A stretch of DNA of 38,191 nt from Bacteroidota bacterium (GTDB lineage: Bacteria; Bacteroidota; Bacteroidia; Bacteroidales; JAUZOH01): contig JAUZOH010000002.1 of NCBI GenBank assembly GCA_030706565.1, positions 1 through 38,191 of the forward strand. The letters run 5' to 3'. This document shows positions 9,236 through 20,395 of this stretch, piece after piece; the first letter of the stretch is position 1; each line of letters starts with the position of its first letter. The notes beneath the pieces are model-generated. The model was not told the DNA's origin, did not search any database, and was given only the letters and a program-made list of their open reading frames with translations. Made by a program: the position numbers and the translations under genes.

Positions 9236-9243
9236 TACATTTG
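9236..9243 (+). promoter_or_regulatory. Candidate -7 promoter box TACATTTG for the E2-E3-E1 operon
   Basis: Matches TAnnTTTG, 50 nt upstream of the ATG at 9293. Confidence 0.4.
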
Positions 9244-9292
9244 GCCGGAATTATTTTGGCAAGGAAGATCTTAAAAATTTAAACTAAAATAT

Positions 9293-10624
9293 ATGGCAAT
9301 ACCTGTAATTATGCCCCGGCAGGGACAATCAGTTGAGACTTGCGTCATTACCCAGTGGAATAAGCAGGTTGGTGATGAAGTAAAAAAAGGCGATGTGCTT
9401 TTTTCTTATGAAACCGATAAGGCATCTTTTGAGGAGGAAGCTAAAGCCGACGGCCAATTATTGGCAATCTTTTATAATGAAGGAGATGAAGTTCCTGTAC
9501 TGACCAATGTGGCAGTATTAGGTAAGGCAGGCGAAAATATTGAAGAATTTCGTGCTGGTAAAAGTACCGCAGCTCCTGTTGCTGAAGAGCAAAAACCAGC
9601 CGCTCATGTGGCTGAACCTGCAAGTCAGTCAGCTCCGGTGACAGAAAGTGTAGAAGCTGAACCTTTAACCGGTGAAATAAAAATATCTCCCCGTGCCAAA
9701 CATTTGGCAGAAAAGCTTGGAGTTCCGGTTTCAAAATTGCAGGGCAGCGGCCCTGAAGGCAGGGTGATCGAACATGATGTCGAGGCTTATGCAAAATCCG
9801 GGGCCCTGATGACCCCTCTTGCTGCTGAGATGGCTGCCGATAAAAACCTTCAGCCGGGTGCAGCTTCCGGTTTAGGCGGCAGAACATTGAGTTTCGACCT
9901 TGTCGAAACAGCCAATATTTATTCCGAAGATTCCGAGGTGAAGAAGTTAAGCAATATGCGTAAGATCATTGCCAAGGCCATGTACGAATCTATTCAGAAT
10001 TCCGCACAGCTTACCCACCACATGGGCGCAGATGTCAGGAAGCTTCTTGATTTCCGTAAAAAAGTCAAGGCTGCCATGGATAAAGGCAGTACAGACAACA
10101 TCACGCTTAACGATATGGTTTGTTATGCTGTGATCAAAGCATTGAAGAAAAATCCTGAAGCCAATGCTCATTTTCTGGGCGACAGCATTCGTACATTCAA
10201 TAAAGTCCACCTGGGAATTGCCGTTGATACGCCACGTGGTTTAATGGTTCCTGTTGTACGGAATGCCGATGACCTGTCACTCAAAGGACTGTCTTCACAA
10301 CTTAAGGCCTTGGCCGAAAGTTGCAAGAAAGGCAATGTCAATCCTGAGTTGCTTGCCAGCACCGCAGCTTCATTTACAGTATCCAATTTAGGTAACTATG
10401 GCGTTGAATTGTTTACTCCTATCATCAATTTACCGCAGGTGGCTATTTTAGGGGTCAACACAATTGTCAACCGTCCGGCGGATTTAGGAAACGGAGTCTT
10501 TGGTTTTGTTCCTTACATGGGACTTTCGCTTACTTACGATCATCGTGCTATTGATGGCGGTCCTGCTACTCTTTTCCTTAGGGAAATTAAGATGCAGATC
10601 GAGAACTGGAATGAAACTTTGTAA
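9293..10624 (+). CDS. Dihydrolipoamide acyltransferase (E2) of a 2-oxoacid dehydrogenase complex
   Basis: Lipoyl domain with ETDKASFE, an Ala/Pro linker, E3-binding domain ISPRAKHLAEKLGV...GSGPEGRV, and catalytic DHRAIDGG. Confidence 0.92.
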   Translation: MAIPVIMPRQGQSVETCVITQWNKQVGDEVKKGDVLFSYETDKASFEEEAKADGQLLAIFYNEGDEVPVLTNVAVLGKAGENIEEFRAGKSTAAPVAEEQKPAAHVAEPASQSAPVTESVEAEPLTGEIKISPRAKHLAEKLGVPVSKLQGSGPEGRVIEHDVEAYAKSGALMTPLAAEMAADKNLQPGAASGLGGRTLSFDLVETANIYSEDSEVKKLSNMRKIIAKAMYESIQNSAQLTHHMGADVRKLLDFRKKVKAAMDKGSTDNITLNDMVCYAVIKALKKNPEANAHFLGDSIRTFNKVHLGIAVDTPRGLMVPVVRNADDLSLKGLSSQLKALAESCKKGNVNPELLASTAASFTVSNLGNYGVELFTPIINLPQVAILGVNTIVNRPADLGNGVFGFVPYMGLSLTYDHRAIDGGPATLFLREIKMQIENWNETL

Positions 10625-10651
10625 TTAAGTAAAATATAAACTTATAACTGA

Positions 10652-12010
10652 ATGTTTGATTTAGCGATAATAGGAGCAGGGCCTGCCGGATATGTGGCTG
10701 CAGAGCGCGCCGGACAAAAAGGGCTGAGTGTGGTCCTTTTTGATAAAAACAAATTAGGCGGTGTTTGCTTAAACGAAGGATGTATTCCTACAAAAACCTT
10801 GTTATATACTGCAAAACTGTATGATCATGCCAGGGAAGGCGAGAAGTATGGAATAAGTTGCAAGGAAGTAAGTTTTGATTTTGCCAAGATCATGCAGCGC
10901 AAGAACAAGGTGGTAAAACGCCTGGTTGCCGGTGTTGGCGCCGCCATGAAGAAATATAACGTGGAAGTGGTTTTCGCACCTGCTACAATTCAGGGTAAAT
11001 CATCTGACGGCAGTATTAATATCACTGCCGGCGAACAAAATTATTCCTGCAAAAATCTTCTGATTGCCACCGGTTCGGAAACTTTTATTCCGCCTATCAA
11101 AGGGCTGAACAGGGATGAAATACTCACCAACCGCGAAATTCTCGAGCTGGATGCTGTTCCTCAGACTCTTACGATTATTGGAGGAGGTGTCATCGGAATG
11201 GAGTTCGCCAGTTTCTTCAGCAGCATGGGATGTAAAGTATCGGTGGTTGAAATGATGCCGGAAATCCTGCCGGGAATAGACAGCGAAATGAGCGTGCTTC
11301 TTCGTCAGGGATATGCTAAAAAAGGCGTTTCTTTCTATCTTGGTTCAAAAGTGACTGAAATCAAAGGAAATGAGGTCTTTTTCGAGAAAGACGGAAAGAC
11401 ACAAAGCATTACCGGAGAAAAATTGCTGATGAGCGTTGGCCGCAGGGCGGTTACCAAAGGATTTGGACTGGAAAATCTTGGCGTTGAGCTCAACCGGGGT
11501 GGAATAAAGATTGACAATCATTGCCAGACCAATATCCCCAATGTTTATGCAGCTGGAGATGTCACCGGTTTTTCATTGTTGGCTCATACGGCCAGCAGGG
11601 AAGGTGAAGTGGTGGTGAACAATATTTGTGGCCAGGCCGATACCATGCGTTACGATGCTGTGCCGGCTGTGGTTTACACCAATCCGGAGATTTCGAGTGT
11701 GGGGCTGACGGAGGAACAGGCAAAACAAAAGAATATTAAATATAAAATAAGGACATTGCCGATGGCTTTTGCAGGTCGTTTTCTTGCCGAGAATGAAGGC
11801 GTCAATGGCTTTGCAAAAGTGCTGGTAGGAGAGAAATATGGAGAAATATTGGGGGTACATATTATTGGCAATCCAAGTTCAGAACTCATTTACGGAGCTG
11901 CCATGATGATTGAGGCCCAACTAAGGGTGAAAGATGTGTCCCAGGTAATATTCCCCCATCCTACAGTATCCGAGATACTTAAAGAGACCATGTTTGCTTT
12001 TAATGAATAG
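10652..12010 (+). CDS. lpdA: Dihydrolipoyl dehydrogenase (E3)
   Basis: FAD motif IIGAGPAGY, redox disulfide [16 protein letters not shown] motif [12 protein letters not shown]-terminal HPT..E interface motif. Confidence 0.95.
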   Translation: MFDLAIIGAGPAGYVAAERAGQKGLSVVLFDKNKLGGVCLNEGCIPTKTLLYTAKLYDHAREGEKYGISCKEVSFDFAKIMQRKNKVVKRLVAGVGAAMKKYNVEVVFAPATIQGKSSDGSINITAGEQNYSCKNLLIATGSETFIPPIKGLNRDEILTNREILELDAVPQTLTIIGGGVIGMEFASFFSSMGCKVSVVEMMPEILPGIDSEMSVLLRQGYAKKGVSFYLGSKVTEIKGNEVFFEKDGKTQSITGEKLLMSVGRRAVTKGFGLENLGVELNRGGIKIDNHCQTNIPNVYAAGDVTGFSLLAHTASREGEVVVNNICGQADTMRYDAVPAVVYTNPEISSVGLTEEQAKQKNIKYKIRTLPMAFAGRFLAENEGVNGFAKVLVGEKYGEILGVHIIGNPSSELIYGAAMMIEAQLRVKDVSQVIFPHPTVSEILKETMFAFNE

Positions 12011-12048
12011 TTTTACTGAAATTACGTAGAAAAAATAATTTTTACATT

Positions 12049-14517
12049 ATGCCTAAAATTCAATTTGTAGATCCTTTAAAAACCAGGGAAAAAGGTGAAA
12101 TAACCTTTGGAACTATTCCGGTTTGCCAGTACAATAAAAGTATTGAGGATGAAAAGAATAACTTTTCAACAGAAGATTTTATAAGAATTTATCATGATAT
12201 GTCGGTGATCCGGGAATTTGAAACCATGATCAACCAGATCAAGATTGCCGGCGAATACAATGGTGTTAAATATACCCATCCGGGTCCTGCCCACTTATCC
12301 ATCGGACAGGAAGCCTCAGCTGTAGGTATGGCCTACAATCTAACCGTTGATGATTATATTTTCGGTTCCCACCGTAGCCATGGAGAAATTTTGGCTAAAG
12401 GCTTATCCGCTATTCATCAATTGTCCGATAACCGCCTGATGGAAATCATGTCGGGTTTCTTTGGAGGAAATGCCCTTCACGTTGTTGAGAAAGAACATAA
12501 AGGGACAGTAAAAGAACTGGCCATTAAGTTTTTGTTATATGGTACCTTATCGGAGATTTTTGCCCGTGAAAATGGATTCAATAAAGGTTTGGGCGGGTCA
12601 ATGCATGCCTTTTTCACTCCGTTTGGCGTTTATCCCAATAATGCCATTGTTGGTGGTTCTGCGGATATTTCTACAGGTGCTGCTTTGTATAAAAAAGTAA
12701 ACAGAAAGCCGGGTATCGTAGTGGCCAATATCGGAGATGCTTCACTGGGTTGCGGCCCTGTTTGGGAAGCAATGGCTTTTGCCACGATGGATCAGTTTAC
12801 CAAACTCTGGGATGGAGAATACCGCGGTGGTTTGCCAATCATCTTCAATTTCATGAACAACCAGTACGGGATGGGCGGACAGACCCGTGGTGAAACTATG
12901 GGATATGATATGCTTGCACGTTTTGGTGCCGGTGTAAATCCTGAAATGATGCATTCTGAAAGGGTTGATGGTTATAATCCCTTAGCCGTTATTGATGCCT
13001 TCAAACGTAAAAAGAAGATTCTTGAAGAAAAACATGGCCCGGTTTTAATGGATACCATCACATACCGCGTTAGCGGGCATTCACCTTCCGACGCTTCATC
13101 CTACCGTACCAAGGAAGAAATTGAAGCATGGCAAAATGCTGATTCTATCATTGATTTTGGAAATAATCTGGCTGAGGCTGATGTTGCATCTGCTGCCCAG
13201 TTAGACGAAATCAGGGCAGAAATAAAAGAACAATTGACCCGGACCTTGAAATTGGCCATCAATGATGAAATTTCTCCAAGGCTGAACCTGGATAAGAACC
13301 CTGAAGCTATTGGGGATATGATGTTTTCAAATGGTTCGGTTGATAAAATGGAAAGCCGTGAACCGGAAGTATTGATGCCTCTTAGTGAAAATCCAAGGGT
13401 TAAGGCCATCAAAAATAAGGAGCGTTTTGCTTTCGACAAGGATGGAAAACCATTTTCTAAGGTTAAAACTTTCCAGCTGAGAGATGGTATTTTTGAAGCT
13501 ATTATTGACCGGTTTTATAAGGATCCTACTCTGGTTGCTTATGGAGAGGAAAACCGCGACTGGGGCGGTGCATTTGCTGTATATCGCGGGATGACCGAAG
13601 CTCTTCCTTATCATCGTTTGTTTAATTCGCCTATTTCAGAAGGTGCCATAGTTGGAACAGCCATAGGTTATGGAATGGCAGGTGGAAGGGCTATTGCCGA
13701 AATCATGTATTGCGATTTTCTGGGCCGTTGCGGTGATGAAGTATTCAATCAGCTTCCTAAATGGCAGGCCATGAGCGGTAATGTAATTAAAATGCCTGTA
13801 GTTATCCGTGTTTCTGTAGGTTCAAAATATGGAGCCCAGCATTCGCAGGATTGGTCTTCGTTGGTGGCACACATTCCCGGACTTAAAGTTGTGTTCCCCG
13901 TTACTCCTTACGACGCAAAAGGTCTGATGAATTCGGCATTACAGGGTACCGATCCGGTTATTTTCTTTGAAAGCCAGAGGATTTACGACATAGGTGAAAT
14001 GTTCCATAAGGAAGGTGTTCCCGAAGGATATTATGAAATTCCAATAGGTGAACCTGATGTTAAACGTGAAGGTAAGGATATCACCATACTTACGATTGGT
14101 TCTACTTTGTATACGGCTTTAAAAGCTGCCGATATTCTCAAAGAGAAATATGGTATGGAAGCCGAAATTATTGATGCCCGTAGTCTGGTTCCGTTTAACT
14201 ATGATTTGGTTATTGAATCGGTTAAAAAGACAGGAAAAATATTGTTGGCCAGTGATGCCACCACGCGCGGTTCCTATTTGAATGACCTTGCTGCAAATAT
14301 TACAGAATTGGCATTTGATGAACTGGATGCTCCTGTAGTGGTTTTGGGTTCAAGGAATTGGATAACCCCTGCTCACGAAATGGAAAAATATTTCTTCCCG
14401 CAGCCTGATACCATTATCGATGCAATTCATGAGAAAATCATTCCTTTAAAAGGACATACGGCAAAAAATAATTTTACCAGGAATGAGCATTTGAGACGCA
14501 GCCGTATGGGAGTTTAA
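12049..14517 (+). CDS. 2-oxoacid dehydrogenase E1 component, fused alpha/beta subunits (TPP-dependent); substrate unassigned
   Basis: N-half has E1-alpha features (SIGQEA, GSHRSHG, TPP motif IGDASLG...[13 protein letters not shown]). C-half has E1-beta/transketolase-like features ([29 protein letters not shown]). The two halves are joined by a roughly 100-aa linker. Confidence 0.9.
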   Translation: MPKIQFVDPLKTREKGEITFGTIPVCQYNKSIEDEKNNFSTEDFIRIYHDMSVIREFETMINQIKIAGEYNGVKYTHPGPAHLSIGQEASAVGMAYNLTVDDYIFGSHRSHGEILAKGLSAIHQLSDNRLMEIMSGFFGGNALHVVEKEHKGTVKELAIKFLLYGTLSEIFARENGFNKGLGGSMHAFFTPFGVYPNNAIVGGSADISTGAALYKKVNRKPGIVVANIGDASLGCGPVWEAMAFATMDQFTKLWDGEYRGGLPIIFNFMNNQYGMGGQTRGETMGYDMLARFGAGVNPEMMHSERVDGYNPLAVIDAFKRKKKILEEKHGPVLMDTITYRVSGHSPSDASSYRTKEEIEAWQNADSIIDFGNNLAEADVASAAQLDEIRAEIKEQLTRTLKLAINDEISPRLNLDKNPEAIGDMMFSNGSVDKMESREPEVLMPLSENPRVKAIKNKERFAFDKDGKPFSKVKTFQLRDGIFEAIIDRFYKDPTLVAYGEENRDWGGAFAVYRGMTEALPYHRLFNSPISEGAIVGTAIGYGMAGGRAIAEIMYCDFLGRCGDEVFNQLPKWQAMSGNVIKMPVVIRVSVGSKYGAQHSQDWSSLVAHIPGLKVVFPVTPYDAKGLMNSALQGTDPVIFFESQRIYDIGEMFHKEGVPEGYYEIPIGEPDVKREGKDITILTIGSTLYTALKAADILKEKYGMEAEIIDARSLVPFNYDLVIESVKKTGKILLASDATTRGSYLNDLAANITELAFDELDAPVVVLGSRNWITPAHEMEKYFFPQPDTIIDAIHEKIIPLKGHTAKNNFTRNEHLRRSRMGV

Positions 14518-14546
14518 GATGATAATAAGATTGATTAGTTGGTTTT

Positions 14547-14582
14547 AAAAAAAAATGGCGGGTTTTGCCCGCCATTTTTTTA
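14547..14582. terminator. Bidirectional intrinsic terminator
   Basis: tggcggg (14556-14562) pairs with cccgcca (14568-14574), flanked by an A9 run and a T7 run. It lies between convergent genes. Confidence 0.85.
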
Positions 14583-14615
14583 AACACATTTGAAATAATT
14601 ATTATTGGCTAAAGA

Positions 14616-15218
14616 TTAATTTTCAATATATTTTTTGATTTTTTTGTCACCCATCCATACAATTTCATTGGTTTCCAAATCGGTCATTTCCAGATCTATC
14701 TGGTAATAAACCACTTTCTGGTTATTGTATGTATCAACGATAGAATTGATGGTGCCTTGCATAATATAATCTGCACCCAACTCACGTCCCCATTTTTTTA
14801 TGGTTTCTGCTGATGAAAATTGTTGCTGATTGGCTCTTTCAGTCCTTAATTCTTCGCGTTTATCACCAGCCTGAACCAATCTGACAGAGCCATTGCGGAT
14901 TATCGCTTTTTCAATGTCTTTGATGAATGTCTCAGCATCAATGTGCTCATAGCTTTTGTTTTTAACCAGTCCTACAACTATCACCGGCCTTGTACCATTG
15001 TGCCTTTGTTCGAACATGGGCAGCCATTTTTCACCCAAAACCTGATCGGTTAAGGCATCTGCCGACATCCGGGAGTCGCTGTCGTTCCACCTTCCGCTTA
15101 AGTCTATTTGCTCATCGGTATTGACCCTTTGAACCGTATGCCGTGGACTTGTGGAATAGCAGGAAGTCAATAAAAATGCCAGGGCAAAAACTATTGAAGT
15201 ATTTAGTATTTTTTTCAT
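14616..15218 (-). CDS. Lipoprotein, LpoB-like (penicillin-binding protein activator family)
   Basis: Lipobox FLLTSC. RPVIVVGLVKNKSYEHIDAETF and GADYIMQGTINS resemble LpoB-family signatures as I recall them. Confidence 0.6.
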   Translation of the reverse strand: MKKILNTSIVFALAFLLTSCYSTSPRHTVQRVNTDEQIDLSGRWNDSDSRMSADALTDQVLGEKWLPMFEQRHNGTRPVIVVGLVKNKSYEHIDAETFIKDIEKAIIRNGSVRLVQAGDKREELRTERANQQQFSSAETIKKWGRELGADYIMQGTINSIVDTYNNQKVVYYQIDLEMTDLETNEIVWMGDKKIKKYIEN

Positions 15219-15264
15219 GATTCAAAAAATAAGGTATCTATTTTAACATAGCAATAATTGTACC

Positions 15265-15301
15265 AAAAAGGGGAAATTGCTTGCAATTTCCCCTTTTTTT
15301 T
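15265..15301. terminator. Intrinsic terminator after the nucleotide-sugar operon
   Basis: ggggaaattgc (15270-15280) pairs with gcaatttcccc (15283-15293), flanked by A and T runs. Confidence 0.8.
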
Positions 15302-15317
15302 AAAGTATTTTTTAAGC

Positions 15318-17060
15318 TTAGCTGATTTTTAAATCTGCAATAATATTTTTGATTCTTTCAGCGAGCAGGTCATCAACTTTTTGAAAATCATCTTTGTTGG
15401 CCAGCTTTTCTTTTACACTGAAATAAAATTTGATTTTAGGCTCTGTTCCTGAAGGCCTGATGGAAATCTTTGAACCATCTTTCAGGAAAAATTGAAGCAC
15501 ATTGGAGACAGGTAATGTGATATCGTTGGGTGTGCTTAATTTCCCATAAGATAAGTGTTTCAGGTAATCATTGATCAGCATTACTTCAGAATTATTGATG
15601 AAAGAAGGAGGATTATTCCTGAACCTTTCCATCATCTTTTGGATTTCTTCCGCTCCGCTTTTACCCTGGCGCACAATAGAAATAAGAGATTCTTTGTAAA
15701 ATCCATATTCCACATAAATATCAACCAAAACATCCCAGAGTGTTTTCCCATTTTCTCTGGCCCAGGCAGCTGTTTCAGCAACCAAGGCACAGGTCATTAC
15801 GGCATCTTTATCCCTGACAAAATCGGCTGCCAAAAATCCATAACTTTCTTCTCCTCCGCCAATAAAATCTTTGTTCTCTTTTTCGTTTTGCTGGATGGTA
15901 TCTGCGATATATTTGAAACCTGTCAATACGTCAAAATATTCGACCTTGTATTTTTTTGCAATATCCGCTATAAGGTCTGTAGTGACAATGGTTTTGACAA
16001 TATATTGATTGCCATTGAGAATCTTTTTGGAAGCCCTGCAGGAAATAAGGTAATTGATCAACAAGGTAGCTGTCTGGTTGCCATTCAGCAGGACAAATTG
16101 TCCGTCTTTATTTTTCACTGCCACTCCAACCCGGTCAGCATCGGGATCGCTGGCTAAAACCAGATCCGCATCCGTTTCTTTTGCTTTTTCCAAAGCCAAG
16201 TCTAATGCTGCATGTTCTTCGGGATTAGGAGATTTAACCGTGGGGAAGTTCCCGTCGGTAACATCCTGTTGAGGAACATGGATTACATTTCTGAACCCAA
16301 ACTTTTCTAAAATCTTAGGAATAAGCTTGACCCCACTGCCATGTAAAGGAGTATAAACGATTTTCAGGTCGTTGTTTTTCTTTATCAGTTCTGGAGAAAT
16401 TGACAAAGTTTTAATTTTATCTGTATAGATTTCATCAATTTCTTCACCAATAATTTCAATTTTATCTTTATTCCCATCTAACCTGACCTGATCGATATTT
16501 TTGATCTTCTTAACCTCTTCAATGATGTTCTTGTCATGAGGGGCAATAATTTGTCCCCCATCATCCCAATATACTTTATATCCGTTGTATTCCTTGGGGT
16601 TATGGGAAGCCGTAATTACAATCCCACTTTGACATTTAAGGTATCTGACCGTAAAAGAAAGTTCAGGAGTCGGACGAAGCGAATCGAACAGAAACACCTT
16701 TATACCATTGGCCGATAATATTTTTGCAGCTGTTTCGGCAAACAACTTGCTGTTATTCCGGCTATCATGGGCAATTGCAACTTTTATTTCCGGAAGTTTT
16801 GAAAACTGCTGTTTTAAATAATTGCATAATCCCTGAGTGGCCATTCCTACCGTATAAATATTCATGCGGTTTGTACCAACCCCCATGATACCGCGTAATC
16901 CACCAGTACCGAATTCCAAATCGCGATAAAACGATTCGTTTAACTCCGCGGGATTTTTTAATAGCTTTCTAACTTCCTCTTTAGTTTTTTCGTCAAAATT
17001 CCCTTCAAGCCACAGCTTTACTCTTTCATCTACTGAGCTGTTATTTTCTCCCTTTCCCAT
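15318..17060 (-). CDS. Phospho-sugar mutase (alpha-phosphoglucomutase / phosphomannomutase family, PgcA-like)
   Basis: 580 aa. Active-site loop TASHNPKEYNGYK, metal loop ASDPDADR, sugar loop GGEESYG. Confidence 0.9.
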   Translation of the reverse strand: MGKGENNSSVDERVKLWLEGNFDEKTKEEVRKLLKNPAELNESFYRDLEFGTGGLRGIMGVGTNRMNIYTVGMATQGLCNYLKQQFSKLPEIKVAIAHDSRNNSKLFAETAAKILSANGIKVFLFDSLRPTPELSFTVRYLKCQSGIVITASHNPKEYNGYKVYWDDGGQIIAPHDKNIIEEVKKIKNIDQVRLDGNKDKIEIIGEEIDEIYTDKIKTLSISPELIKKNNDLKIVYTPLHGSGVKLIPKILEKFGFRNVIHVPQQDVTDGNFPTVKSPNPEEHAALDLALEKAKETDADLVLASDPDADRVGVAVKNKDGQFVLLNGNQTATLLINYLISCRASKKILNGNQYIVKTIVTTDLIADIAKKYKVEYFDVLTGFKYIADTIQQNEKENKDFIGGGEESYGFLAADFVRDKDAVMTCALVAETAAWARENGKTLWDVLVDIYVEYGFYKESLISIVRQGKSGAEEIQKMMERFRNNPPSFINNSEVMLINDYLKHLSYGKLSTPNDITLPVSNVLQFFLKDGSKISIRPSGTEPKIKFYFSVKEKLANKDDFQKVDDLLAERIKNIIADLKIS

Positions 17061-17066
17061 AATATC

Positions 17067-17945
17067 TTATTTCGTTTCGTAACCTAAGCGTTTCATGCAA
17101 TCTTTTAAACTGTCTTTCCAATATGGAATGCCAAATCCAAAGGTGGATTTTATTTTATTTTTATTCAGTACACTGAAGGAGGGCCTTTTGACCGGTGTGG
17201 GGAAATCTTTGGTTTCTATTGGATTCACTTTGCAGCGAAGCGAAGACATTTTCATAATTTCCCATGCAAAATCATACCAACTACAAACTCCTTCATTTGA
17301 AAAATGAAAAACCCCTGGAACAAAATTACTATTTTTTTCCTCAAATGAATCAATAATTTTAAGTATTACATTAGCCAAATCGTGTGCGTATGTCGGCGTA
17401 CCTACCTGGTCAAAGACCACATTGATTTCTTTCCGTTCATGTCCCAATTTCAACATGGTTTTAACGAAGTTATTTCCATAGGGGGAATATAGCCATGAAG
17501 TACGAAGGATGAGTCCTGTCCCTGATTTTAGAACTTCCTTATCGCCATTTAATTTGGTTTGCCCGTACACAGAAGATGGATTGGTGGGATGGTCTTCACT
17601 ATAAGGAGTGCAGGATTCTCCACTGTAAACGTAGTCGGATGAAATGTGGATCAACCGGATATTTTTCTTTTTAGAAAGTTCGGCCAGATATTTTACTGCT
17701 GTATAATTGAGCAGATTAGCCATGTGTTTCTCGCTTTCTGCCTTATCTACTGCTGTAAATGCCGCACAATTAACGATATACTGTACGGGATGCCCATCCA
17801 CGAATCTTTCTAATTCTTTTGAATTTGTAATATCCAGGGTATCAACATCCGTATATATAAAATCGAATTGAGGGTAATAGGTTGATAATTCATGTATTTC
17901 GGTTCCTAATTGTCCGTTTGAACCTGTAACCAATATTTTAATCAT
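17067..17945 (-). CDS. rfbD: dTDP-4-dehydrorhamnose reductase
   Basis: 292 aa, N-terminal Rossmann ILVTGSNGQLG, YGQTK catalytic motif. ATGA overlap with rfbC. Confidence 0.9.
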   Translation of the reverse strand: MIKILVTGSNGQLGTEIHELSTYYPQFDFIYTDVDTLDITNSKELERFVDGHPVQYIVNCAAFTAVDKAESEKHMANLLNYTAVKYLAELSKKKNIRLIHISSDYVYSGESCTPYSEDHPTNPSSVYGQTKLNGDKEVLKSGTGLILRTSWLYSPYGNNFVKTMLKLGHERKEINVVFDQVGTPTYAHDLANVILKIIDSFEEKNSNFVPGVFHFSNEGVCSWYDFAWEIMKMSSLRCKVNPIETKDFPTPVKRPSFSVLNKNKIKSTFGFGIPYWKDSLKDCMKRLGYETK

Positions 17946-18505
17946 AATTGTCCATAAATAAAATTTATTTCTGCTTCATCAAAGGGAGGCAATACATTGT
18001 CTTTTGCAGCAACCAGGGGTTTTATTCCTTCAAGCCCCCAGTCAATATTTAATTTTTTGTCGCTATATAATATTCCTCTTTCTGCTTTCGGGGTATAGAG
18101 GTTATCCACTTTGTAAAAGAATACTGCTGTTGGGCTGAGCACAGAAAATCCATGGGCAAAGCCTCTGGGAATAATTAATTGTCTTTTGTTCTCAGCAGAA
18201 AGTTCAACTTTTATCCATTTTCCAAAACTGGGGGATCCTTTCCGCAAATCGACGGCCACATCAAATACACGTCCTTCCAGTATTCTCACGAGCTTTGTCT
18301 GGGAATAGGGCGCCAATTGGTAATGTAGCCCTCTGAGTACTCCGTAGCTTGATTTGGATTGATTATCCTGTACAAACTTATAATTCAATCCTTCTTCTGC
18401 TAATGCTTTCTCATTGTAACTTTCATAGAAATAACCCCTTTCATCTTCAAAGACTTTAGGCTCAATAATCAGCACATCAGGTATTTCCGTTTTTATAATC
18501 TTCAT
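17942..18505 (-). CDS. rfbC: dTDP-4-dehydrorhamnose 3,5-epimerase
   Basis: 187-aa cupin. Motifs FEDERGYF, LRGLHYQ, IPRGFAHGF. Confidence 0.93.
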   Translation of the reverse strand: MKIIKTEIPDVLIIEPKVFEDERGYFYESYNEKALAEEGLNYKFVQDNQSKSSYGVLRGLHYQLAPYSQTKLVRILEGRVFDVAVDLRKGSPSFGKWIKVELSAENKRQLIIPRGFAHGFSVLSPTAVFFYKVDNLYTPKAERGILYSDKKLNIDWGLEGIKPLVAAKDNVLPPFDEAEINFIYGQL

Positions 18506-18519
18506 AAAAGAATAATATT

Positions 18520-19401
18520 TTAAAAAGTACGTATTTTTTCATTTGCTATCTGGATCAGATATTGTCCATATTCATTTTTTTTCAAAGATTCAGCCAGTTT
18601 TAGCAGTTGCTCCTTATTGATATAGCCGTTTCTGTAAGCAATTTCTTCCAGGCAGGCGACCATTAGCCCTTGTCTTTGCTGAAGGGTGGCAATGAAGTTT
18701 GAAGCTTGCAGCAGGCTGTCGTGGGTACCTGTATCCAACCAGGCAACTCCCCGGCCCAGCAAATGTACTTTGAGTCTGCCTTCATTCAGAAACAGACGGT
18801 TCAGGTCGGTTATTTCAAGTTCTCCCCTTGGTGAGGGTTTTAATGTCTTTGCTTTGGCCACTACATCATTGCTGTAATAATATAAGCCGGTAACCGCATA
18901 ATTGGAACGTGGATTTTGTGGTTTTTCCTCAAGGCTCAGGACATTCCCCGATTCATCAAACTCAACTACTCCATAGCGCTCAGGATCATTTACATAATAT
19001 CCGAAAACAACGGCACCATCCTGTAATTTGGCAGTATTTTTCAGTACACCTCCAAAACCATGGCCATAAAAGATATTATCCCCCAAAACCAGGCAAACAT
19101 TATCTTTACCTATAAAATCTTCGCCAATCAAAAAAGCCTGAGCTAAGCCATCGGGAGAGGGTTGTATGGCATAGGAGATTTTTAATCCAAGCTGGCTGCC
19201 ATCCAGAAGCAATTCTTCATACAAATGAATTTCTTTGGGCGTTGAAATGATCAATATCTCTTTTATCCCCGACAACATCAGGTTTGACAGGGGATAATAG
19301 ATCATGGGTTTATCATAAACCGGGATGATTTGTTTGGAGATGCTTTTGGTGATAGGGTATAGCCTGGTACCAGAACCTCCGGCTAAAATGATTCCTTTCA
19401 T
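18520..19401 (-). CDS. rfbA: Glucose-1-phosphate thymidylyltransferase
   Basis: [31 protein letters not shown]...SLEEKP. Confidence 0.95.
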   Translation of the reverse strand: MKGIILAGGSGTRLYPITKSISKQIIPVYDKPMIYYPLSNLMLSGIKEILIISTPKEIHLYEELLLDGSQLGLKISYAIQPSPDGLAQAFLIGEDFIGKDNVCLVLGDNIFYGHGFGGVLKNTAKLQDGAVVFGYYVNDPERYGVVEFDESGNVLSLEEKPQNPRSNYAVTGLYYYSNDVVAKAKTLKPSPRGELEITDLNRLFLNEGRLKVHLLGRGVAWLDTGTHDSLLQASNFIATLQQRQGLMVACLEEIAYRNGYINKEQLLKLAESLKKNEYGQYLIQIANEKIRTF

Positions 19402-19405
19402 GTTG

Positions 19406-20356
19406 TTAATTGGTTTTCTGTTCTAATTTACCTTTAAAGTAGGAGATGGTTTTGATTAATCCCTCTTCCAGAGGGATTTTAGGTTCCCAGTTGTTTAGCT
19501 TTTGTTTGGCCAGGGTGATATCTGGTTTACGTTTCAACGGATCATCGGAAGGTAAAGGTTCAAAAACAATTTTTGATTTTGAATGACACAATTCTATGAT
19601 CTTTTCGGCCAGTTCTATCATGGAGTATTCGCCGGGGTTTCCAATGTTTACGGGGCCTATAAAATCCTCCCCGGTATTCATCATACGGATCATGCCTTCA
19701 ACCAGGTCGTCCACATATTGAAAGCTGCGGGTCTGATGCCCGTCCCCGTATACCGTGATGTCCTTGTCCTGTAATGCCTGCATAATGAAATTGGAAACCA
19801 CCCGGCCATCGTTGGGATGCATTCTGGGGCCATAGGTGTTGAATATCCTGATGATTTTTATCCGGACATTATTCTGGTGATGATAATTCATGAAGAGGGA
19901 TTCGGCACAGCGCTTGCCTTCATCGTAACAGGAACGTACCCCGTTGGGATTGACATTGCCCCAGTAACTTTCAACCTGCGGATGTATGGCGGGATCTCCA
20001 TAAACTTCACTGGTGGATGCCTGTAATATTTTGGCCCTGGTACGTTTGGCCAGACCCAGCATATTGATGGCTCCCATCACCGAAGTCTTGATGGTTTTTA
20101 TCGGGTTGTACTGATAATGTATTGGCGATGCGGGACATGCCAGGTTGTAGATTTCGTCAACCTCTATATAAAAGGGCATAGTGACATCATGGCGAATCAA
20201 TTCAAAATAAGGATTTTTCAACAGAGGAATAACATTGTTTTTTGAACCGGTAAAGTAGTTGTCCAGACAAATTACCTCATTGCCTTCATCCAGTAATCTT
20301 TCACATAAATGTGAACCAATAAAACCGGCACCTCCGGTGACTAATATCTTTTTCAT
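19406..20356 (-). CDS. UDP-glucuronate decarboxylase (UDP-xylose synthase), extended SDR
   Basis: [39 protein letters not shown]. The pattern is typical of UXS rather than of dTDP-glucose 4,6-dehydratase. Confidence 0.85.
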   Translation of the reverse strand: MKKILVTGGAGFIGSHLCERLLDEGNEVICLDNYFTGSKNNVIPLLKNPYFELIRHDVTMPFYIEVDEIYNLACPASPIHYQYNPIKTIKTSVMGAINMLGLAKRTRAKILQASTSEVYGDPAIHPQVESYWGNVNPNGVRSCYDEGKRCAESLFMNYHHQNNVRIKIIRIFNTYGPRMHPNDGRVVSNFIMQALQDKDITVYGDGHQTRSFQYVDDLVEGMIRMMNTGEDFIGPVNIGNPGEYSMIELAEKIIELCHSKSKIVFEPLPSDDPLKRKPDITLAKQKLNNWEPKIPLEEGLIKTISYFKGKLEQKTN

Positions 20357-20395
20357 TTGTTTTTAAACATTATATATATGTCCTGGAAATCTTGT

